From an uncultured Clostridia bacterium (GTDB lineage: Bacteria; Bacillota; Clostridia; TANB77; CAG-465): a stretch of 64,000 nt of DNA. A model generated the notes under the pieces. It did not search any database and was not told the origin of the DNA. It was given only the letters and a program-made list of their open reading frames with translations. The position numbers were made by a program, and so were the translations under genes. Location: NCBI GenBank assembly GCA_944388575.1, contig CALXJF010000004.1, positions 4,122 through 68,121 on the forward strand, read 5' to 3'. Numbering within the stretch: the first letter of the stretch is position 1; every line of letters begins with the position of its first letter. Shown here piece by piece: positions 10,335 through 20,286 of the stretch.

Positions 10335-10395
10335 TCGTTGGCACCAAATCACATAGCCAAGCGATTGTATAATTATTATCACTTGGCTCTTTTTT
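10335..10395 (+). repeat. decayed second copy of the tRNA-Arg(CCT) 3' end plus its terminator
   Basis: TTCGTTGGCACCAAATCACATAGCCAAGCG...CACTTGGCTCTTTTTTT parallels 8296-8371 (TTCGATTCGTCTCAGGAGCACCAAAATATTTAGAGCCAAGCG...CGCTTAGCTCTATTTTT). Confidence 0.6.
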
Positions 10396-10516
10396 TGTAT
10401 ATTTTCCTGACTCAGTAGATGTAAGTGAATACTTAAGTTATTTAACATTACATATAATATTTCAATTATATAGTCCTCATTCTCATCATATATGTCTATA
10501 TTTTACTTTAATTATA

Positions 10517-10963
10517 TCATTTAATCTTTCTTAATTCTTTAAAAAATTCTGTTAATATTTTTGAACAATCTTCACAATTATCTAAATATTCATACTCAAC
10601 CTTATGAGTAAAATTTTCATCTAAAATGTTACACATTGAACCAACACAACCATTTTTAAAATCTTTTGCTCCAATATAAACTTTATCTATTCTTGATTGT
10701 ATTAATGCACCAGCACACATAGGACATGGTTCCAGAGTAACATACATTTGTGCACCTTCAAGTCTCCATGTATTTAGTTTTTTACAAGCTTTCTCTATAC
10801 ATAAAACTTCAGCATGAGCTAGAGAAGATGTTTTAGTTTCCCTTAAGTTATGTGCTCTTGCTATTATTTTATTATCTTTTACTATAACAGCTCCAACTGG
10901 CACTTCTAATTTACTATATGCTTTTTTAGCCTCTTTAAAAGCTTCAATCATAAACTCATTCAT
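10517..10963 (-). CDS. tadA: tRNA adenosine(34) deaminase TadA
   Basis: HAEVLCIEKA and PCPMCAGAL zinc-binding motifs of the CDA fold. Start set at ATG 10963 after an AAGGAGGT SD. Confidence 0.92.
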   Translation of the reverse strand: MNEFMIEAFKEAKKAYSKLEVPVGAVIVKDNKIIARAHNLRETKTSSLAHAEVLCIEKACKKLNTWRLEGAQMYVTLEPCPMCAGALIQSRIDKVYIGAKDFKNGCVGSMCNILDENFTHKVEYEYLDNCEDCSKILTEFFKELRKIK

Positions 10964-11696
10964 TAGTACCTCCTTCATTTGTAAAATACTCTTGTAAACC
11001 TGTATATATTCCCCAAGCCAATTTGTTCTGATATGTATCTTCTTTTAGTAAACGAACTTCCTCAGGATTAGATAAAAAACCACATTCTATTATAACTGAT
11101 GGTATTTGTACATGATCCATAATATATATACCAGTTATTGGCATAGGAGTTCTATCATTTTTAAATTCTATATTATTACTAAGATTATTTTGAATTATAT
11201 TTGAAAGCTGCTTACTTTTCTCATTATTATTTTGATAAAAAGTTTGCCAACCTCTATATATCTCAGATGGCGGATATTTATTTAAATGTATAGAAATAAA
11301 CACATCAGCATTACTATTATTACCTATTTCCACCCTATTTTTTATATCACTTACTTTTTTATTTCTTATACTTTTACTGTCTAAAGAATATATTCCATTT
11401 TCATCACTTCTCGTTAAAACTACTTTTGCTCCACTTTGTTCTATTAACTTTTGTAATTTCAAACTAATACTTAGATTAATGGCTTGTTCAGTTGTTCCAT
11501 TAAAACCTACTGCACCCTCATCTGGTAAACCATGTCCTGCATCTATGACAATAACTTTATTAGTTATAGGTAATGCATTTACTGAAGCAACTTGATTAGG
11601 CAATCTTCTCATATTAATTATACCATACATAACAAGAGAAAGACAAATAAATATAATTACTATTATTATCCTTTTACGCATTATAGATAAATTCAT
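10956..11696 (-). CDS. cwlD: germination-specific N-acetylmuramoyl-L-alanine amidase CwlD
   Basis: N-terminal TM, then IDAGHGLPDEGAVG, ISIHLNKYP and WQTFYQ, the Amidase_3 signature as in CwlD. Confidence 0.85.
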   Translation of the reverse strand: MNLSIMRKRIIIVIIFICLSLVMYGIINMRRLPNQVASVNALPITNKVIVIDAGHGLPDEGAVGFNGTTEQAINLSISLKLQKLIEQSGAKVVLTRSDENGIYSLDSKSIRNKKVSDIKNRVEIGNNSNADVFISIHLNKYPPSEIYRGWQTFYQNNNEKSKQLSNIIQNNLSNNIEFKNDRTPMPITGIYIMDHVQIPSVIIECGFLSNPEEVRLLKEDTYQNKLAWGIYTGLQEYFTNEGGTNE

Positions 11697-11801
11697 CAAA
11701 CCACCTTATACATGTATATGTTAATTAATTACTATGTATCACAAATTTATAATAATAAAAAAAATAAAGTGCTACTATTAATAACACTTAAAATAATAAA
11801 A

Positions 11802-11945
11802 TTAATTATATATTTCTACTACCTTATTATCTACCTCTCTAAAATCAATATCAGTATTTAAAAATTCATGTACAAAAAGAGCCATTAAGGCTATTAATAT
11901 CACTCCTATATATAAAGTATATTTTTGTTTACTTGATAATTTCAT
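11802..11945 (-). CDS. small membrane protein (47 aa)
   Basis: Below the ORF-track cutoff. AGGTGG SD 5 nt before the ATG. MKLSSKQKYTLYIGVILIALMALFVHEFLN... has one TM helix. A hairpin plus T-run follows the stop. Confidence 0.4.
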   Translation of the reverse strand: MKLSSKQKYTLYIGVILIALMALFVHEFLNTDIDFREVDNKVVEIYN

Positions 11946-11988
11946 ATTTACCACCTAAACTAAATATATGTAATATACATGTACATTA

Positions 11989-12618
11989 TTATATAATAAA
12001 CATTAGAAAAAAAATTAATAAACATCTTATTATTTTACCAAAAAATAGTGATAAGAAAGAAAAAGGCAATAAAATTCTTATTTGAGTTGTATAAATATCT
12101 ATCATCTTTTCACATTCTTGCTTTTTAAGCTTTTTTTCTAAATATGCCCTTGACAATCTAATAGATCCCCTTATAGCATCCAGCTCTAAATATAGTCTAG
12201 GAATAATAGAAACAATACAAAAAGCAAAATAAAAATACATAATAGCATTTAATTTTATAAAAAAAGATATTATAGCTATTAATACAAATAAAGCTAACTC
12301 TATATTTGACAAACAAAAATTAATTTTTTGTATCACTTTTGATTGAATTGAATGTACACATTCATGTGCCACTAAACAACATCTATGAAAATTATTATTT
12401 TTTTCTTTATTTGATATATAAATAGTATCTCTTAAATATACGTAATAACTATTTTTTATATCTTTATCTAATACTACTTTAGTTTTTGTATTACCTATAT
12501 TATTTAAAATTTCCTTTGCTATAGTATCATTTGATGGTAATCTATCAGTTATTTTTTTAGCCTCTTTACTTTCATAACTATTTTTTCTTAAATATTTTAG
12601 CCCATCTATAAATTTCAT
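11989..12618 (-). CDS. putative membrane zinc metallopeptidase (HExxH)
   Basis: 209 aa with VAHECVHSIQ followed by several TM helices. Its start overlaps the stop of the upstream gene (TAATG). Confidence 0.5.
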   Translation of the reverse strand: MKFIDGLKYLRKNSYESKEAKKITDRLPSNDTIAKEILNNIGNTKTKVVLDKDIKNSYYVYLRDTIYISNKEKNNNFHRCCLVAHECVHSIQSKVIQKINFCLSNIELALFVLIAIISFFIKLNAIMYFYFAFCIVSIIPRLYLELDAIRGSIRLSRAYLEKKLKKQECEKMIDIYTTQIRILLPFSFLSLFFGKIIRCLLIFFLMFII

Positions 12619-12956
12619 TAAAATTCTACTATCTCCTTTATAGCTTCTCCCATGATTTTTTGCATATCAGCAAGAAAAACATCTATTTTCATTTCACACT
12701 CTAATAATTTCCTTATTTTTTCATCCTGTATTAAAATAGAATATAAATTTTGCATACTTTCTTGTTCTTCTTTAGAAACTGTTTGTCCATTTATATATTT
12801 AACTTGATGATCTCTTTGTTTATCTTTAAAGTCTTTCACCATATTATATTTTTTTTCATCTTTTTTTAATTCCTTCTTTAATTCCATATACTCTTTATAT
12901 TCATTTGTTTCTTTTAAAGCTCTTGTAAGTTCATGTATTTTATCATAAAAATTCAT
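12618..12956 (-). CDS. YlbF/YmcA-family regulatory protein
   Basis: 112-aa helical protein with the family pattern (L..AL.E..EYKEY...K......D...........F). Confidence 0.6.
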   Translation of the reverse strand: MNFYDKIHELTRALKETNEYKEYMELKKELKKDEKKYNMVKDFKDKQRDHQVKYINGQTVSKEEQESMQNLYSILIQDEKIRKLLECEMKIDVFLADMQKIMGEAIKEIVEF

Positions 12957-13027
12957 ATTAAATCCTCCTTTTTTCTATATTATATAACAAAAAGGAGTAA
13001 AAGCAAATACTTTTACCCCCAATCTGT

Positions 13028-14869
13028 TTAAACTCTTAAGATAATAAAATCATATGGTTCTATAACTTTTCCTTTAGAACTATTTAATCTTAAAACAATT
13101 TTTGAGTTTTCAAAACAATCTAAATATGGCATTTTATCTACAGGAATTTCATTTTCAGTTATATTTACTATAACCATATATTCTTCATTTTTATCATATA
13201 ACTTATATATCATAAAATGTTCATTTATACTTAATATCCTATATTCCTTTGATGAAATATGAATATTTTTTCTAAAGTCAGCTAATCTTGCTAAAGTTTC
13301 TTCTAAATCAGTTTCTGAATTTTCCCATTTCATATAACTCCTGTTTTCTAGATTTCCAATTCCATACATACCTTTTTCATCGCCATAATATATACAGGGA
13401 ATTCCTGGATAAGTATATTGGATACCAAATAACAATTTTAGTTGCTTCTTTGAAATGGTCATTTGTTCTTGCGTAAAATTTCTTTTTCCTTCTGCAGCTA
13501 AACGATTTCTAACTCTTTCTTTATCATGTGTAGACAAAGAATTCATTAAATTATTGATTGCATGTTTTGGATAATGATCTAATATAGTCATTATTGTATT
13601 ATAAAAATTTGACGCTTTACCATCTCTTACATATTCTATAGAACTTTCTAAAAAGGGATAATTCATTACCGAATCTATTTGATCTCCAAGTAAATATCTT
13701 CGTCTATTACCTTTTTCATCAAATTTACTTGTAGCATCTTCCCAAACTTCTCCAATAATAATTAATCCACCATATTTTCTTGTAGAACAGCATATATCAT
13801 CAATTAAATCATTTGATAATTCATCAATAACATCTAATCTAAAACCTGCTGCTCCTCTTTTTAACCAAGTATGTATAACTCCATTTTCTCCACATATAAA
13901 TCTTATATAATCTAAAGAAATTGTATCAAGAGCTACAAGATTAATTGGATCTCCCCACCAACCTTTATATAAAGTTGGATAATCATAAAAACTCTTTTCA
14001 AAAAATGGATAATACTTACTTTCTTTAGAATTATATGCTCCAGGATCATCTTTATAACGTTTATTTTTATTAAAATATATGCTATCTGCTCCTACATGGT
14101 TAAATACACCATCTAATACAATAAATATATCTCTTTTTTTAGCTTCTTCACATAGCATACAAAAATCCTCATTTGTTCCAAGTAATGGATCAACATTCAT
14201 AAAATCAGCTGTATTATATCTATGATTTGAATGAGCCTCAAATATTGGATTTAAATAGATTATTCCAACACCTAGTTTTTTTAAATAATCTAGTTTTTTT
14301 ATTATTCCCTTTAAATTGCCTCCATAATATTTATTATTCTTTATATTTTTCCTTTGATCTTCATCAACTCTAATTTGATAAGTAGTATCAACTATAATCC
14401 TATCTCCTGGTAGCTTTTCTATATTTAACTGTTCATAATAAAAACTATCCGGAAATATTTGATACATGGCACTATCTTCAAAACCAGTTTTTAAAAAATC
14501 TAGTTTTTCATCATATACTGTAATTTGCCATTTAAAAAACAAATTTTCACTAATTACAGATTTATTAGAGTCTTTATCCTTTACTATAAAAATTGTGTTA
14601 TCATTAGTTTTTACTTCAAAATAGTAAAAATAATAACCTATTTCTTTAAAAGAAACTCTACAGGTAAACATATTATCAGATACTTTTTCCATATAAATAT
14701 ACCTTGCGTCATTCTTAGCCCAAAAGCCATCTTTATATACAACAAGATATATACTATAGTTTTCTTTTAACCCCTCAACTAATATACTTATTTTACATTC
14801 TTTATTTGGAGTTAAGGCTCCAAAAGGTTCTTTAAATTTATTATCCCAAGAATCATGAAAAAATCTCAT
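13028..14869 (-). CDS. GH13 alpha-glycosidase (neopullulanase/cyclomaltodextrinase-like)
   Basis: GH13 conserved regions DGVFNH, GFRLDVIDEL, GEVWED and LSTHDKER, plus an N-terminal Ig-like domain. Start moved to ATG 14869 (AGGAGAGG SD). Confidence 0.9.
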   Translation of the reverse strand: MRFFHDSWDNKFKEPFGALTPNKECKISILVEGLKENYSIYLVVYKDGFWAKNDARYIYMEKVSDNMFTCRVSFKEIGYYFYYFEVKTNDNTIFIVKDKDSNKSVISENLFFKWQITVYDEKLDFLKTGFEDSAMYQIFPDSFYYEQLNIEKLPGDRIIVDTTYQIRVDEDQRKNIKNNKYYGGNLKGIIKKLDYLKKLGVGIIYLNPIFEAHSNHRYNTADFMNVDPLLGTNEDFCMLCEEAKKRDIFIVLDGVFNHVGADSIYFNKNKRYKDDPGAYNSKESKYYPFFEKSFYDYPTLYKGWWGDPINLVALDTISLDYIRFICGENGVIHTWLKRGAAGFRLDVIDELSNDLIDDICCSTRKYGGLIIIGEVWEDATSKFDEKGNRRRYLLGDQIDSVMNYPFLESSIEYVRDGKASNFYNTIMTILDHYPKHAINNLMNSLSTHDKERVRNRLAAEGKRNFTQEQMTISKKQLKLLFGIQYTYPGIPCIYYGDEKGMYGIGNLENRSYMKWENSETDLEETLARLADFRKNIHISSKEYRILSINEHFMIYKLYDKNEEYMVIVNITENEIPVDKMPYLDCFENSKIVLRLNSSKGKVIEPYDFIILRV

Positions 14870-14992
14870 ATTATCCTCTCCTTTATTCAAAGTTAAATAA
14901 TTATTCATCTATATATTTTATATTACATTTTTTATTATGTGTCAATATATTTTTTAGTATTCATTTATTAACTGGGTTTTATAAGGCATCTA

Positions 14993-15021
14993 TTGACATA
15001 ATTTAAATATAGTGTTATAAT
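14993..15021 (+). promoter_or_regulatory. sigma-A type promoter
   Basis: TTGACA, 17-nt spacer, TATAAT upstream of ORF 15069. Confidence 0.5.
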
Positions 15022-15068
15022 ATATCTACTTTAAAAACTAATTGTCACTTAATTAAGGAGGATAAAAA

Positions 15069-15713
15069 ATGATTACTAAAACAATTTTATTAAAGGAAAA
15101 TGAGTGTGCCTTAGACGCTATTGCATCTCTTTGTATAGACTCCAAAAACGCATGGATATATATTGATAAAATGTGTTTTTATGATATGAGAAAAACATGT
15201 TCAAATATTAATAACAAAGAAAACAACTCTTATCAAATATATTGGAAAGCAACAAGTACCGTACCAGAAACAACAATAAAATTTACACAAGATATTACAA
15301 AATGGTATGATGTACAAGAAATACGGGCAGATGATATAGCATTTACCTTAAAACCTTTAAATCCAAAAATTATTTTCTTTATAACAAAAGATTATGAAAA
15401 AAAACTATCTAATGCTACACAAATGTATGTTCCAGAAAATATGTGTCCAATTGATTTTATCACAAATCTAGGTGAAAAAGCTAAAGATAAAATATTTATT
15501 TTTCCAAAATATTTAGTAAGTAAAATAATGATGGGAAGAATGAAAAAAACTATTTCAAGATTAAATAAAATCTTGTATATACTATGGGATGAAAATGATG
15601 ATTTTATTGAATTTCATGAAATTGATACAACTCATACCTATATCTTAGCTAATATGGACGTTGATAATTTTATGACTAATAATCTAGGAAATGAACTTAT
15701 CTATCTAGTATAA
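15069..15713 (+). CDS. hypothetical protein
   Basis: 214-aa ORF with an AAGGAGG SD, its own promoter and a terminator. I recognise no family. Confidence 0.6.
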   Translation: MITKTILLKENECALDAIASLCIDSKNAWIYIDKMCFYDMRKTCSNINNKENNSYQIYWKATSTVPETTIKFTQDITKWYDVQEIRADDIAFTLKPLNPKIIFFITKDYEKKLSNATQMYVPENMCPIDFITNLGEKAKDKIFIFPKYLVSKIMMGRMKKTISRLNKILYILWDENDDFIEFHEIDTTHTYILANMDVDNFMTNNLGNELIYLV

Positions 15714-15724
15714 TATTAGATTAT

Positions 15725-15762
15725 AAAAGGTTTAAGCATACAGGCTTAAACCTTTTATTTTA
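15725..15762. terminator. hairpin terminator (AAAAGGTTTAAGC / GCTTAAACCTTTT)
   Basis: Perfect 13-bp stem with a T-run. Its stem sequence is nearly identical to that of the hairpin at 17316-17350. Confidence 0.7.
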
Positions 15763-15792
15763 TTTAAAGTCAAATAATTTTTTATCAAATAC

Positions 15793-16314
15793 TTAGTTTA
15801 AACTATCTATCCAAGTATTTATATCTAAGTCTGATGGATTAGAGCTAAAACGTTTTCCCTCAAGCCAATTTCCTCCGTTTGCTTCCTTTTTAAGTAAGTC
15901 TCCACTTTCTCCTAAACCTGATGATGCTGATGTACAAAAAGGTATAATTGTTTTTCCGTTAAAATCATTTGCTTTAACAAATGTATCTACTGGTCAAGCT
16001 GCAATCCCCCACCATATTGGATATCCGATTAATACTGTATCATAACTTTCCCAATTTTCTACTGTTGTAGAAACAAGTTCAATATTTCGTAATGATTCAT
16101 CTTCATGTTCTTTGGTTACTCTTGAATTATTATCTGTCCAATCTAAATCCTCTGTTGAATATTCATCTCTTGGTTCAATTTCAAAAATATCTGCACTTAA
16201 ACTTTCTGCAATTCTTTTTGCAATAATTTCCGTATTTCCAACTTTTAAATTCTTAATTTGACCATTTACATAGTTATAACCTGCTCTTGAATAAAATATT
16301 ACAATACTTTTCAT
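15793..16314 (-). pseudogene. flavodoxin-family gene interrupted by one in-frame TGA
   Basis: The 106-aa ORF ends at ...GYPIWWGIAA-TGA (15994-15996). The same frame then continues for 66 codons (PVDTFVKANDFNGKTIIPFCTSASSGLGES...), the expected flavodoxin C-terminal half. TGA sits where Trp (TGG) is expected. Confidence 0.8.
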
Positions 16315-16435
16315 TCTTTACCTCCTTATCTTTTAATAATTTTTTCTATAATAATTATAACATTATAATTCTTGACAAGGAAGTTCAAAAAAGTTATAAT
16401 GACTTTAACCAAAAGTTTAAGCAAGGTGTTATTAT

Positions 16436-17264
16436 ATGTATAATAAATATCTTGAGATATTTATTGAAGTAGCAGATACTGGCAGTTTTTCAAAAGCTGG
16501 AGAAAATCTTTTTATATCGCCTACTGCCGTTATGAAACAGATGAATTTAATGGAAAACGACCTTAATCTTACTTTATTAAATAGAACGAATCATGGAATT
16601 ACTCTTACTGAGTCAGGAAAACAAATCTATAAAGAGTGTAAATATATAATAAATTATTCAAATAAAGCAATTGAAAAAATTAAAAAAAGTCAATCTAAAA
16701 ATAAACGTTCCATTACAATTGGAACTTCCTTAATTTGTCCTTGTAAACCTTTAATTGATATATGGTACAAAATTAATGACAAACATACTGAATTTAAAAT
16801 AAAAATTGTTCCTTTCGAAGAAAACCATACAAATATACTAAATACACTTAATAGTAATGGTATACAGTTAGATTTTATTGTTTCTCCTTGTGACTCAAAA
16901 CAATGGTTAGAAAATTTTAATTTTTTAAAACTGGGAGATTATAATTTTTGTATTGCTGTTCCTTTTAATCATAGGTTAGCAAACAAAGATAAAATTTCAA
17001 TATCAGATTTATCAAATGAAAAAGTCACTGCCATAACAAGAGGAGATAGTAAGCAAAATCAAAATATATTAAATAAAATAAAAAATACTTGCACTAATGT
17101 AGAAATACTAGAAGCTCCCTTTTTGTTGGAGGGATATTCATCCTGCTTTTAAAACTATTCCTATTGATACTAATGAAAAAATGCCCTATGGTATTATATA
17201 CTCCAAAAAACCATCTAATGATGTTTTAAATTTTTTAAATATTATAAAAGATTTTATAAATTAA
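16436..17264 (+). pseudogene. LysR-family regulator with a frameshift or small deletion near 17112-17130
   Basis: An N-terminal LysR HTH is present (FSKAGENLFISPTAVMKQMNLMENDL). Frame 0 stops at 17152. The +1 frame carries the canonical C-terminus WRDIHPAFKTIPIDTNEKMPYGIIYSKKPSNDVLNFLNIIKDFIN, ending at 17264. Confidence 0.75.
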
Positions 17265-17315
17265 TCGTTTTAAATAAATCAATTATTATACTATAATTCC
17301 TTTTATATACAATAC

Positions 17316-17350
17316 AAAAAGGTTTAAGCTTTTTATACTTAAACCTTTTT
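17316..17350. terminator. hairpin terminator (AAAAAGGTTTAAG / CTTAAACCTTTTT)
   Basis: 13-bp stem between the convergent LysR remnant and the capA-like gene. Confidence 0.7.
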
Positions 17351-17354
17351 GTAA

Positions 17355-18620
17355 CTAAGTAAATAATGTATCTAATCTATCCTTTGCATCTTTCATTTTA
17401 TTATACTCTTTCGATGATAAGCTTGAACTACCTTTATCATAGTTATTTAATTCATCTTCTAATAAATATAATTCTTTAGAATATGTATTATCTACTACTG
17501 TCCATATAGCCGTTGGTTTTTTTACATTCATACTAATACTAGAATTCTTTACATTTCCATCTTTATCTTTAATTATAGTTTTCTTAAAATCAATATTTGC
17601 AATAACACTTAATGTATTTTCATCTGTAACATAACTTCCACAAAAATCTCCTAATGAATATATTGAATATATATGTTTACTATCTGCAGTTTGTTCTTCT
17701 ATACTTTCTTGAACTACCATACTTCCAGAACCTAACACTACATCTATACCTGCTTCAAATAATTTTTCAGTTGTCTTTTTTTGAGTAGAATTAACCATAA
17801 TTATATCTTCATTTGGTACATTTAAATAAGCCACAATAAAATCTACTGAATTATTTTTTAAATATTCAACATCCTCTTGTAATTCCTCCTCATCAAATAC
17901 ATTTAGAAGATATGTATTACTGCTTGACATTTTTACATTTGATGAAGTAGCATATGAAATAAATCCTATTTTTATATTATTTTTTTCTAATATGATCGGC
18001 TCTTTTCTATAGTCTAAATTAATTCCAGTTTGTTTTATACCAGCTGATTCTAAATTAGCAATAGTATCTTCAACACCTTTTTCATTTTTATCAAGTGCAT
18101 GATTTGTTGCAGTAGCAACAGCTGATATATTTAAATTTTTTAATAACTCTACTACTTCTTTAGGTGCATTATATACTGTTTTTGTTGAATAACCAAGACT
18201 ACTATCTGCAATAGGAGTTTTTAGACTTGCAACAACAAGATCATATTCTTTTAAATTATCTGCAATGGTAGCTGTCCCTTGTGTAAAATCATACGTACTT
18301 CCACTCCTAGCTCCTCTTATCATATTAGTAGTAAAATATATATCTCCAAGTCCAGCAAATCTTAAAGTATACTCTTCAGTTACATCTGTGGGTGACTTTT
18401 CTCCTATAATCATTTCTATAAAAGCATTAACTCCATTATATAGCCACATTGTTTCTTTATCTCTTTTTCCAAGCGTATACATTACTAACTGAAATAACTG
18501 ATATATAACAAAGATTGAAATAATTATCCATATAACCATTACGATTATATTTTTCTTTGTAACCTTATTCTTTTTAATTTTAGTTTTATCTTCCTCAGTT
18601 TCTATACTACCTTTTCTCAT
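17355..18620 (-). CDS. CapA/PGA_cap-family metallophosphatase-like membrane-anchored protein
   Basis: 421 aa with an N-terminal TM, then FAGLGDIYFT, ATNHALD and the GSGSMVVQ pattern of CapA-family proteins. It starts 45 nt downstream of the ATPase operon with no terminator between them. Confidence 0.75.
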   Translation of the reverse strand: MRKGSIETEEDKTKIKKNKVTKKNIIVMVIWIIISIFVIYQLFQLVMYTLGKRDKETMWLYNGVNAFIEMIIGEKSPTDVTEEYTLRFAGLGDIYFTTNMIRGARSGSTYDFTQGTATIADNLKEYDLVVASLKTPIADSSLGYSTKTVYNAPKEVVELLKNLNISAVATATNHALDKNEKGVEDTIANLESAGIKQTGINLDYRKEPIILEKNNIKIGFISYATSSNVKMSSSNTYLLNVFDEEELQEDVEYLKNNSVDFIVAYLNVPNEDIIMVNSTQKKTTEKLFEAGIDVVLGSGSMVVQESIEEQTADSKHIYSIYSLGDFCGSYVTDENTLSVIANIDFKKTIIKDKDGNVKNSSISMNVKKPTAIWTVVDNTYSKELYLLEDELNNYDKGSSSLSSKEYNKMKDAKDRLDTLFT

Positions 18621-18665
18621 TTACTTCTCCTAAATATTATTATATCATACTTAGGTTCTATTATA

Positions 18666-19397
18666 CTATAAATTGTTACATATTTGCAACTGCATATTTG
18701 ATAATTTATCCTTTTTATTATTTACTAATTTCATCATATTTTGAATTATATTAATTTCTTTTACACATTCAATATCATTTGCTACTTTGTTTCTTTCCCT
18801 ATTTAAAGCTTTAGCTAAATTATTCATTTTTTCAAAATCAAGTTTTTCGTAATATTTATACCACTCTTTACACTTATCTTTAAATTTATCAGCTCTATTT
18901 AAAATATTATTTATCCCACTTTCAATTTTATTACTAAAAGATTTATTAAATATAAAATCTTTAGTTTTATTTATAAAATCTTTTATTATATTATAAAAAA
19001 TATTATTTTTTAAATATTTATTAGTAACTATATCTATAGCAGCACAGATTCCTTCTCTTAATCCACCTTTAAAAGTAATATCTGTAATTTTAGTTATATC
19101 AGTTATAACATTTTTGGGCAATTTTAATAATTCTAATCCTTCACTAATACTACTTCCAACAGCAGTTTTAATTATTTGCTTAAAATCTTTTGTCTCAAAA
19201 GATTTCTTTACATCTAATAATATATTTTTTATATTATTATTAATCGGCATTGATTTTATAACATAATCAGCCCCCCTATTTACTACATCAAAAGCAAGAT
19301 TTGAGAAAACTCTTTGTGATCTATTTGCAGCTACATCTATCTCAATATTTCTATCTCTATTTTTTATAATTTCATTTGAATCTATTAATAATTCCAT
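18666..19397 (-). CDS. soluble helical/coiled-coil protein of unknown function (last gene of the ATPase operon)
   Basis: 243 aa with no TM segment and a GGGAGG SD. Its start lies 1 nt after the stop of the platform gene. Confidence 0.6.
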   Translation of the reverse strand: MELLIDSNEIIKNRDRNIEIDVAANRSQRVFSNLAFDVVNRGADYVIKSMPINNNIKNILLDVKKSFETKDFKQIIKTAVGSSISEGLELLKLPKNVITDITKITDITFKGGLREGICAAIDIVTNKYLKNNIFYNIIKDFINKTKDFIFNKSFSNKIESGINNILNRADKFKDKCKEWYKYYEKLDFEKMNNLAKALNRERNKVANDIECVKEINIIQNMMKLVNNKKDKLSNMQLQICNNL

Positions 19398-19398
19398 T

Positions 19399-20286
19399 TT
19401 ATTCCTCCCTTTTTATAATTTTCATAATAGTTAAAATAATTATCAAATATAAAAAAACGTTAAAATCAATTAAAACTCTACCTAAAATTGAATTAAATAT
19501 TATCTCTTTATATATTGTATTTTTTAAAATAACGTAGAACACTAAGAAAATATTTACTAATATAATAATTCCTAATATAAATAAATAATAATTCATTTTT
19601 TCTTTCTGTTTTTTTCGTAAACTACTAATTTGCACATAATATTTATTAAATTGATTTATAACTTTACTTATGCATCCTCCATTTATATAACATAACTTTA
19701 ATAAGTGAATAAATATATTTATTTCTTTTATATTTATTTCATCAGCTAAAAAATTAAGAGCTTTAACTATTTCAAATCCACTGTTTAATAAATTATTAAA
19801 TTCATTAATAAATATATTCAAAGGCTTAGTAGCTTGAATTTGTTTTAATGCCATAATAATATCATTTGAATTTTTAGAAAAACTTTCAAATCCTATAATA
19901 TATAGTGAAAAAGATTTCTTTATTTTATTTTTTAATTGTATTTTTATTATTTCTAAAAATAACATTGGTAAAATAAAGAATATTATAGAAATTATAAATG
20001 AACTAAGAATTAATTTTAAATTATAAAAAACTAGAATAAAAACTATTATGGCAAAAATAACAGAAAAAACAAATAAGTTAAAAGTATTAATTATTGATAT
20101 ATTAATAGGATATACTTTTTTTATATAATCTAAAGATTTAGATATATTTTTAATATAATTATTTTTTTTTACAAAATATTTAAAAATTTTAATTATGTTA
20201 GTATAATTTAATGATAATATATAATTTATTATATGGTAAATTAGTATTAGCGTAATTATACATATAAAAACTTTAATAATTATCAT
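19399..20286 (-). CDS. T2SS-F / TadB-TadC-like platform membrane protein
   Basis: 295 aa with the layout N-terminal TM, cytoplasmic helical domain (IIMALKQIQATKPLNIFINEFNNLLNSGFEIVKALNFLADEI...), then C-terminal TMs. ATGA overlap with the upstream ATPase gene. Confidence 0.72.
   Translation of the reverse strand: MIIIKVFICIITLILIYHIINYILSLNYTNIIKIFKYFVKKNNYIKNISKSLDYIKKVYPINISIINTFNLFVFSVIFAIIVFILVFYNLKLILSSFIISIIFFILPMLFLEIIKIQLKNKIKKSFSLYIIGFESFSKNSNDIIMALKQIQATKPLNIFINEFNNLLNSGFEIVKALNFLADEINIKEINIFIHLLKLCYINGGCISKVINQFNKYYVQISSLRKKQKEKMNYYLFILGIIILVNIFLVFYVILKNTIYKEIIFNSILGRVLIDFNVFLYLIIILTIMKIIKREE

Noticed and set aside
15994-15996. TGA decoded as Trp (genetic code 4) as an explanation for the flavodoxin in-frame TGA.
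   Set aside because: All long housekeeping genes are intact under the standard code. TGA serves as the terminal stop of several well-defined genes (recF, ftsA, spmB, the M23 peptidase). The organism carries sporulation genes typical of Clostridia. A TGG to TGA nonsense mutation is the simpler explanation.
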